Below, piece by piece: positions 57,307-64,000 of a stretch of 64,000 nucleotides of DNA; the first letter of the stretch is position 1, and the number at the start of each line of letters is the position of its first letter. The stretch spans positions 5,264-69,263 of IMG/VR virus record IMGVR_UViG_3300028908_000008; one strand, 5' to 3'. Both the position numbers and the translations under genes were made by a program. The notes beneath the pieces are model-generated. The model did not search any database and was not told where the DNA came from. It worked only from the letters and a program-made list of their open reading frames with translations. This DNA is from a virus.

Positions 57307-58791
57307 TCATTTTTCTTCTTTAGTGTCAAGCGGTTTCTCAATAGGTTGAGGTTCATTCTCTTTATTTAAATTAAACTCCACACCTTTACTTTCACAATAG
57401 TCTTTAAATCTAGCAATATCGTCTATATGAGTTTGCCAATCTATACCCATTTCTCCAAGCTTTTGAATAGGTGAGCCTAATCCGTTGTTAATATCTTCGC
57501 TATTTGCTTTAGAGTCTTTAACTGGGTCTAAATTTTTAGAACTTTTACGCATATATTGTAATTTTCTCCACTCTCGAGGATTTTTCCAATAATCTTTAGG
57601 TGTTTTAATCAAACCTTTTACAATAATTGCATCAATAAAGCGTTTACCATAGATTTCTTTTAGTGTTAACTCTACTAAATCTTTTAACTTCAAACTAAAT
57701 TCTTTATCGTCCATCTGCAAAGCTAATAAACTCGCATTGTATGAAGATGGTAAATCTCTTACAGTTGTTTGAGAGGATAAACCTACTGATGATGAGATTG
57801 TTTTCTTCTTATGTACTTCTAAAGGGTCAAAAATACTAACATCTAAAGTGGATAAATTTTGCACATCATCTTCTTTTGGAATATATGAAATACCTTGATT
57901 CTCTTTAATCTTGTAAGTATCATATAAATCACTAACCATAGCAGGAGTAAAATCACCTTTACTTCGTTTTAGTGCTGTTTTAAGTTCGGCAAAACTATTA
58001 GTTTTAACAACTATTTTATTATCACTTCTTACTTTAGAACTTATTAGTTCACTTGCTTCATAATCACTTAGCATGTCTATACCTCTTATAGCAGGTGCTA
58101 ATAAAGATACGCCACTTATTTGGTTTAGTTCATACTCTGGAATTATATGAAATGTAAGATGTTTAGCTAAAACTCTAACACTTTTTTCTTTTAAGTAGTT
58201 TGTATATATCCAAACTGCTTTTTTATTATTATATTTATCTAATTCAAAACCATTAATATTGTTATTTTCAGGATCATGATGATTAGCATCAACCATATTT
58301 AAAGGAATTATTTCTATTTTATAACCAAATTTCCATGCATCGTTGTAATGATGCCTTATGATAAAACCACCTTCGAGAATTTCAGCTTTTATCATAGCTC
58401 TTTCCATTAGACCTCTATAGTATCTGCCACTTATTTCAAAGTTTTCAACTTCACTAAATTCGGCAAATAAAGCCTCGGCTTGTCTATTGAATTCCTCATT
58501 ACTTGATCTAAACTGTAGATTAATTTCATCGCCGATGACTTCTCTTCTAAAAGACTTAGTAATTGAAGCTACTATATCGTTATTCTTGTGTAAAGATATA
58601 GCGTTTTCATTAATACATATAGATTCACTGTCATCATCTACATGTTTTTGTCTATCTACTTCGGCTAATAGTTTAATGTACATACTAGCATCAAAACCAC
58701 GATTAAAAAAGTTAGTAAAAGGGTATTTTAGACTTCTAAAACCGTTCATGGCTCTATGTAGCCATTGTGAATAATTTACATTACTCGACAT
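57307..58791 (-). CDS. Portal protein, lambda family
   Basis: L.KNN, VIG, NGFELDKY, GVSLLAP, SYNA, LDPVKD..A. Confidence 0.9.
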   Translation of the reverse strand: MSSNVNYSQWLHRAMNGFRSLKYPFTNFFNRGFDASMYIKLLAEVDRQKHVDDDSESICINENAISLHKNNDIVASITKSFRREVIGDEINLQFRSSNEEFNRQAEALFAEFSEVENFEISGRYYRGLMERAMIKAEILEGGFIIRHHYNDAWKFGYKIEIIPLNMVDANHHDPENNNINGFELDKYNNKKAVWIYTNYLKEKSVRVLAKHLTFHIIPEYELNQISGVSLLAPAIRGIDMLSDYEASELISSKVRSDNKIVVKTNSFAELKTALKRSKGDFTPAMVSDLYDTYKIKENQGISYIPKEDDVQNLSTLDVSIFDPLEVHKKKTISSSVGLSSQTTVRDLPSSYNASLLALQMDDKEFSLKLKDLVELTLKEIYGKRFIDAIIVKGLIKTPKDYWKNPREWRKLQYMRKSSKNLDPVKDSKANSEDINNGLGSPIQKLGEMGIDWQTHIDDIARFKDYCESKGVEFNLNKENEPQPIEKPLDTKEEK

Positions 58792-59018
58792 GCTTCCCTC
58801 CTTATTAGAGGTTCATTCTCTAATACATGTACATTAGCTCTTGCTTGTCTTATCGCTAAATTTAATTCCGAAATACTTGTAAATCTCATAGTAGTATCAC
58901 ATTTAGTGAAAGATTTCAGTAAACCACCCTTTAACATATCAGCTCTTACATCAAGTAGAAGTGTCAAATATTCTTGTGCATCAATTTGAGCGTCAATAAG
59001 TTTTTGTTCATTTGTCAA
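58776..59018 (-). CDS. gpW-like head-tail joining protein
   Basis: Small gene just upstream of the portal; SISEL...I. Confidence 0.65.
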   Translation of the reverse strand: MTNEQKLIDAQIDAQEYLTLLLDVRADMLKGGLLKSFTKCDTTMRFTSISELNLAIRQARANVHVLENEPLIRREACRVM

Positions 59019-59194
59019 AACTCACTCCTTGTTTTTTAAAGAAGTATACCGAAAGTGGAAGAACAAGCAAGACCCCCACAAAACATGTACCTCATGAATT
59101 GTTGTTAAAAATATTTTTTATGCAACGCCTATCAAACGCTAAAATCTTGCTTGTTAAGTAGAGTATATAGAAAAAACGCTTAATCTTTTTAATT

Positions 59195-59278
59195 AAAGGT
59201 TGTTTTAAGCTATTCTCTTGTATACTCTTTTCAACAACCAAAAGAGGTTGAAATAAAATTATAATAAAAGGTATAGAA
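59195..59278 (+). promoter_or_regulatory. Promoter / stem-loop / RBS leader, copy 5 (inverted)
   Basis: TTTAAGctattctcttg-TATACT-CTTTTCAACAACCAAAAGAGGTTGAAA. Confidence 0.85.
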
Positions 59279-59476
59279 ATGTTATTAAAAAAAGAAGAGG
59301 TTATCCCTGAATCAAGGTTAGAGAGAGTGCAAATCCCGTTTAAAGCGAATAGAGACTTAAAAGATAAATTAGACCTAGTGTCTAAAGAGTTAGTTGTTAG
59401 TAGACAAGGCTTAATTGAACAAATACTGATTAAAAATCTAACATCATTGTTAGAAGAGATAAACAATGGAGATTAA
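59279..59476 (+). CDS. RHH-like DNA-binding protein
   Basis: IPFKANRDLKDKLD....VSRQGLIEQIL. Confidence 0.7.
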   Translation: MLLKKEEVIPESRLERVQIPFKANRDLKDKLDLVSKELVVSRQGLIEQILIKNLTSLLEEINNGD

Positions 59477-59660
59477 ATTGAAGCAAATTAGTTTAAAAAG
59501 AGGTAAACATGATTTTATCATTAGGTATAATAGTGGCAAAGCAATGGGGTATATTGATGGCGTGAATATCGGTGTAGCTATAAAACCCGATCAGTTAATA
59601 CATCGTTTTGAAGTGCTAACTAGCATGAAGGATCAATTAAAACTAGAAGACTTTGAATAG
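59466..59660 (+). CDS. hypothetical protein
   Basis: 64 aa, overlaps the upstream gene. Confidence 0.65.
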   Translation: MEIKLKQISLKRGKHDFIIRYNSGKAMGYIDGVNIGVAIKPDQLIHRFEVLTSMKDQLKLEDFE

Positions 59661-59664
59661 TCTT

Positions 59665-61602
59665 CTAGCGGTGGTGTTGATACTGTTTAGTTTCAAAATC
59701 TACATTAAAATATAAATTTAGAGTGTGTATCATTGCATGACAATCCAAATAATCATTTCTAGTTCTTATTTTAGTCCATATTCCATCATTCATTAAATCT
59801 TTTTGTTCAGCAGTTAGTTGCATAGAATAATGTTTCATTTGCAATTTACCATGATTTGCAATAAACTCCTTTTCATCGCTAATAATTGTTTCATTAACAT
59901 AAAATAAGCGTCTAACATAATTAAAACCTTTTTCACTCTCATCTTTAGCACTAACTTTATTTAAAGTTCGGCTTATAATCATTGCTAAATCATCTTTTAT
60001 AGCCGTATTGCTCATCACTAGAGTTTTATATTTCACTTCTACATCATCATCTAAAACCTCTTTTCTATTACTAACTTTATATAGTTGATCGTCAAATAAT
60101 TTATCAACACCCAAACAGCCGAAAACTTCTTGATCTGTAATACCATTACTATCAATATAGTCTTGTAGAGAAACTAAGAAAGCCTTTGCTTCAGCGATTC
60201 TATCCACACTACCTTTTTTATATCCCCTTAAATCCATTATAATTCCACTTACTTGAAAATATTTATCAATAGATTTATACATTCTAGTAAATAAATCCCT
60301 CACAAATTCAAAATCTTCATCTGTATCGTTGCTAACAGCTTTCCCATGTGCGATAGTGTACTGGACATTGTCATAAGTAACAGCAGATAAAACCCAATAT
60401 ACATGATCTTTTTGATTATCCACTCCAAGGAAAATTTTATATGTATCTTCAGGTATAACTAATTCATTTAGTCCTGAACCGAGTTTATGGATATCATCAA
60501 TATCTATAATATCTATTTTAGAAGAGTAAAGCTCATTGAAATAATCTCTATATATCCTTGCAAGGACATTTATGGACTCATTAGCTTTAATAATTAGTGT
60601 CATCATTTCATCAAAAGGGGTGAAATAAGTAGCAAGGGCGTTTACTAGATATCCTATGGATTCTGCACCTTCTTCACCTTCAACAATTTTAAATCCACAC
60701 TTCCCCTCTTTTATGAGTCGATCTTTTGTGTAACTATCAAATTCATGTTTGCAATAAGTACACACTAAATGAGCTTTCCTCTCTTTAGCAATTTTAAGAT
60801 GATCTAGCATATGGTAAGTGTTTTCATCTTTGTTAAACTCTTTCATGTATTCATCTTTAGTTAAAAATTTTAGATTGTTTGAAGTTGGATAAAACAACTC
60901 ATGACATGAAGGGCATTGTAAGCACCACTCTTTTTTTAATTCACAATCTAAATATGATTGATCTATAGGATCGCCGATATGCTCCCAACTTGACACGCCT
61001 ACAATTTTTCTACCCATTTTAGAAAAAGATTTTGTTCTATTTATGAATTCACTAACATCAGCCATACCGCCTTTAAATAGTCTAATCTCATCAAGTAATA
61101 GCACTTTTATTGATTTAGCATTTCTAGCTAAAGCAGTATTACCTGCAATGACCCATTTGCCACTATAAGTCACTTTTAGATTATCTTTTGTAGCCGTTGT
61201 GGTCTCTTTAGCGTATTTTTGTATAGCATCTCTGTAGGTTGGTACAGATTGAATAAATGGATTAATTTTAGTAGAAATATATTGTTTAACTTCTGATTCT
61301 AAGGGGATTGATATTTGCACCATGCCGCCAACAGTATCTAAAGTTTTAACACCTGCTATAAATAGAAATGATGTTTTGGCTGTTTGTGTTGAAGCTTTTA
61401 CCCATTGAAATACGGTTGATGGTTTATCAAAATCATCACACATACCCTTTAAATGTGGTGTAATATCAAAACTAAAATCACCTGCAAACGCCGATGTTTC
61501 AGTTGTCATCTTAATATTGTTTACAGCCCAGTCGGTAGTATTTTGGAGCATTTGCCATGTGTAACTAGATTTGTATAAAACGCCTTCGTGAGTATTAATC
61601 AT
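59665..61602 (-). CDS. terL: Terminase large subunit (lambda gpA family)
   Basis: TPHL, KASTQTAKT, LLLDE, CPSC/CTYC zinc motif, GVDNQ, RNDYLDC. Confidence 0.93.
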   Translation of the reverse strand: MINTHEGVLYKSSYTWQMLQNTTDWAVNNIKMTTETSAFAGDFSFDITPHLKGMCDDFDKPSTVFQWVKASTQTAKTSFLFIAGVKTLDTVGGMVQISIPLESEVKQYISTKINPFIQSVPTYRDAIQKYAKETTTATKDNLKVTYSGKWVIAGNTALARNAKSIKVLLLDEIRLFKGGMADVSEFINRTKSFSKMGRKIVGVSSWEHIGDPIDQSYLDCELKKEWCLQCPSCHELFYPTSNNLKFLTKDEYMKEFNKDENTYHMLDHLKIAKERKAHLVCTYCKHEFDSYTKDRLIKEGKCGFKIVEGEEGAESIGYLVNALATYFTPFDEMMTLIIKANESINVLARIYRDYFNELYSSKIDIIDIDDIHKLGSGLNELVIPEDTYKIFLGVDNQKDHVYWVLSAVTYDNVQYTIAHGKAVSNDTDEDFEFVRDLFTRMYKSIDKYFQVSGIIMDLRGYKKGSVDRIAEAKAFLVSLQDYIDSNGITDQEVFGCLGVDKLFDDQLYKVSNRKEVLDDDVEVKYKTLVMSNTAIKDDLAMIISRTLNKVSAKDESEKGFNYVRRLFYVNETIISDEKEFIANHGKLQMKHYSMQLTAEQKDLMNDGIWTKIRTRNDYLDCHAMIHTLNLYFNVDFETKQYQHHR

Positions 61603-61684
61603 AGAAAACTCCTTTTTAAGATTAAGTATAGCCTTTTTAATTTAATACTTGTTAGACTTCTAAAATAGAAAAAAAGGTTGTTGA

Positions 61685-63001
61685 ATGGAAAGAGATTATC
61701 AAATTATGTATTTTGCAACATGTGCTAAATACTTATGTATAGGTTTTACTGATGGAAAAACTAGCAAGATATTCAAAAGTAAGAAAAACGGTAGGTTAAA
61801 AAATCGTGAAATTGAACAAATTGAAAGAATCTTAGAGAATTATACTATATATGCAATAGATAGGGAAAACATACTAATAGGTATAGTGCGTACTTTGATA
61901 GATTATAAAGCTCCACTTGTATATAACTTCATCACCAAGCATATAAACTTACCACCTTGGCAATTATCTAAGCGTATAGGGTACTATCATAGACCTAATT
62001 ATGTTCCACTTAAGTACCAAGCCGAACATACACCTAAATTAGAAACTATATGTTTAAAATCATGCACTAAAATTAAAAAAACAGTTAAAGATCAACTAGA
62101 ACACATACATAATGCTTTTAAAACAGATCAACTAAAACATGCCAATGCGTATGAATACATGTATGTGGTATCTAGTACAAAAAGAGAACATTCACTTAAA
62201 ATAGGTGTAACTGATGATATTGATGCAAGACTAATAGCTCTTAAGAAAAAGTTTCCATCTGAAAAATTCAATCTTGAAAAATTATATACACATAAGAAAC
62301 AATTAAGATATTCTACATTTATTTTCGATGAAGAGCAAAAAATACATAATATATCAAATAGAGCTGGATATCACAAGAAAGACCGTCATGAATGGCACGA
62401 GCTTTCACTTAAAGCTCTTCATAAATACTTTAAAAAATTAGGTTTTAAAAGAGTTAAGAAAACTAATCCATTCAAGATTAATCCATTCAAGATTGTAAAT
62501 TTAAAACCTAAAGTATTTTGCAAAAATGAGAGATTGAATTTTTCCGATGAAGTAGATAGAAATACATATTTAATGGTTAGAGAACCTGACTTTGACGAGT
62601 GGTTTGAACTTCTAATAAGCCAATGTGAAAGCGTTTTAGATATCGATCTACACAACTATATATTATATGATAGGGAGTACGCTAAATTGATACATAGTTT
62701 GTATACTGGAGTTAATATAGTGAACAAAATCCCTTCAATCGTAGGAATGTTGAATAATTTCCTTCATTTCATGGAGAAAGACTCAAATTTTAGCAATGTT
62801 GCTACCTTGCAAAAAATAGAGGTTGTAATCATGCTTATATACTTGCAATATATTGATATAGCCGAATCATTGCAAAAAAAGCTAATTTTTTTCAAAGAAG
62901 TCTTTGGAGAATTTGAGTTTGGTAATCCTGATAATGTGTATTTGAAAATTCTCGGCACAATAGATTCAAGATTCAACCAGTTTAAATTAGAATTGAATTA
63001 G
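61685..63001 (+). CDS. GIY-YIG (T5orf172-like) nuclease domain inside a degenerate PolB-like scaffold
   Basis: YMYVV...KIGVTDDIDARL...EEQKIH...HEW; flanks align by eye with the phage PolB. Confidence 0.7.
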   Translation: MERDYQIMYFATCAKYLCIGFTDGKTSKIFKSKKNGRLKNREIEQIERILENYTIYAIDRENILIGIVRTLIDYKAPLVYNFITKHINLPPWQLSKRIGYYHRPNYVPLKYQAEHTPKLETICLKSCTKIKKTVKDQLEHIHNAFKTDQLKHANAYEYMYVVSSTKREHSLKIGVTDDIDARLIALKKKFPSEKFNLEKLYTHKKQLRYSTFIFDEEQKIHNISNRAGYHKKDRHEWHELSLKALHKYFKKLGFKRVKKTNPFKINPFKIVNLKPKVFCKNERLNFSDEVDRNTYLMVREPDFDEWFELLISQCESVLDIDLHNYILYDREYAKLIHSLYTGVNIVNKIPSIVGMLNNFLHFMEKDSNFSNVATLQKIEVVIMLIYLQYIDIAESLQKKLIFFKEVFGEFEFGNPDNVYLKILGTIDSRFNQFKLELN

Positions 63002-63020
63002 AGGGCGATATACCCTCTAA
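62998..63020. terminator. Bidirectional hairpin TTAGAGGG-cgatata-CCCTCTAA containing both stop codons
   Basis: Convergent gene ends. Confidence 0.65.
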
Positions 63021-63664
63021 TCATTCAATTTCCCTATCAAATCATCTACATTTCCATTATTTTCAATTAATAATTTCATAACTAATTGCATAACATCATA
63101 AAAAGCTAAGTCGTTATCTGTGCTTGTATTAGCAAAAGAGTTTAAATCTTTTATCCTCTTATCGTAATGAGCATCTAATCTCTTGCTAATGTCGTTTCTA
63201 TTAAGATTCTCTAAGTCAATAGGTAATAATCGTAAATCATTCTTATAGTTTGTTACAAGTTGAGTTTGTAACTCACTCATAGCTTTGTCAACCTCATCAG
63301 CTCTAATAGTTGCACCTCGTGCTAATTCATTTTCTAAAAGTATCTTTTCTAATTTAGCTTCGGCTATATTTGCATCAGCTTCATCTTTTCTATCTCTTGC
63401 ATCTCCAAAACTTTCATGTTGTACTTTACTTCTTTTACTTGCAAACTTGTTAGTTAATTCTTCTTCAAGCTTAAGCAAATCGTGTTCATGTTTAGCTTTT
63501 AATTTATTGCCATGATATTCAACTTCATACTCAACATGTAACTTAATTGCATCACTTAATTCAAATTTTTTGGATAGAGGTAAGAGTCCTTTTTGCATAT
63601 ACCATTTCAATCTATGCTCATCAATCATTAACAACTTCATTAGTTCAAATTTACCAATTCTCAT
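63017..63664 (-). CDS. terS: Terminase small subunit (Nu1-like)
   Basis: N-terminal HTH-like segment (KGLLP..FELSDAI), ARDRK..A.A..A.LE...G..I...EV, LP; upstream of TerL. Confidence 0.8.
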   Translation of the reverse strand: MRIGKFELMKLLMIDEHRLKWYMQKGLLPLSKKFELSDAIKLHVEYEVEYHGNKLKAKHEHDLLKLEEELTNKFASKRSKVQHESFGDARDRKDEADANIAEAKLEKILLENELARGATIRADEVDKAMSELQTQLVTNYKNDLRLLPIDLENLNRNDISKRLDAHYDKRIKDLNSFANTSTDNDLAFYDVMQLVMKLLIENNGNVDDLIGKLND

Positions 63665-63709
63665 TAAATCCACCTTTTTTAGGTATATATTACTAAAAAT
63701 TAATTGATA

Positions 63710-64000
63710 TGACAACTGTATAAATTTTATACAGTTTTGTGATTAAAAAGTGTACAGACGGGAAAAAAGTTGTTAAAATGTAACTGTTTTACGACGAAAC
63801 ACACGATTTATAACTGTTTTTCGGCATTCTAACCTTAATTGAAACTTAGATATCCGAAAATATACCGATGATCGGAGGTTTTTTTGAGCATAAAAAATAC
63901 TATATTTTAAGCTATTTTACCCCGCCCCGTGCAAACTTGTTTAAGGTTGTAAAAAAAATTATTCAGAGAGAGGAAAGCCGCGAATTTTGCAATCCCCATG
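63710..64000 (-). other. Probable cos-proximal packaging region
   Basis: Non-coding, GC-richer patch upstream of terS; TAACTGTTTT at 63781 and 63811; inference from lambda layout. Confidence 0.4.

Larger units (their letters stand above)
1..64000. mobile_element. Tailed dsDNA bacteriophage (siphovirus-type, lambda-like head module), probably near-complete
   Basis: Terminase, portal, protease, capsid, tail tube, tape measure, fibre, lysis and replication genes span the window; no host housekeeping genes seen. Confidence 0.95.

Noticed and set aside
61685-63001. Intron-encoded homing endonuclease splitting the terminase
   Set aside because: terS and terL both look complete; the ORF is free-standing on the opposite strand
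1-64000. Stop-codon reassignment, tRNA or rRNA genes, integrase/att site
   Set aside because: Core genes are intact in the standard code and use all three stops; no cloverleaf or recombinase motifs recognised by eye (tRNAscan and HMM searches would be needed to exclude them)

Overview
AT-rich tailed dsDNA phage (siphovirus-type), probably close to a complete genome. The window ends just upstream of the small terminase, where a lambda-type cos would lie. It has a lambda-like head module (TerS, gpA-type TerL, gpW-like, portal, S49 protease, decoration protein, gpE-like capsid) and tail tube and chaperone genes with a GGGAAAC -1 frameshift. The tape-measure, distal-tail-like, fibre and lysis genes are scattered around the genome, most with their own -10 box. 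Replication genes form two sets. One is a primase-polymerase/SF3 helicase, an iteron-rich origin, PolB, SSB, a DUF2800 nuclease and an SNF2 helicase. The other is an initiator-like protein with a split DnaB-like helicase. There are two adenine methyltransferases, three Rha proteins and several RHH-like proteins. I found no integrase, CI repressor, ParA, protelomerase, tRNA or CRISPR array. TATAAT/TATACT boxes with upstream TTAAG tracts and AAGGA ribosome-binding sites suggest a Campylobacterota host (inference). The most unusual features are: (1) an apparently catalytically dead copy of the phage's own PolB with a GIY-YIG nuclease domain inserted; (2) a dead exonuclease paralog beside its intact copy; (3) two fibre genes sharing a 1053-bp direct repeat but with different tips; (4) an eight-zinc-finger protein downstream of two tandem-repeat arrays; (5) hairpins that hide ribosome-binding sites and contain promoters; (6) a membrane/HTH operon. 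All family assignments come from motifs read by eye, not from database searches.
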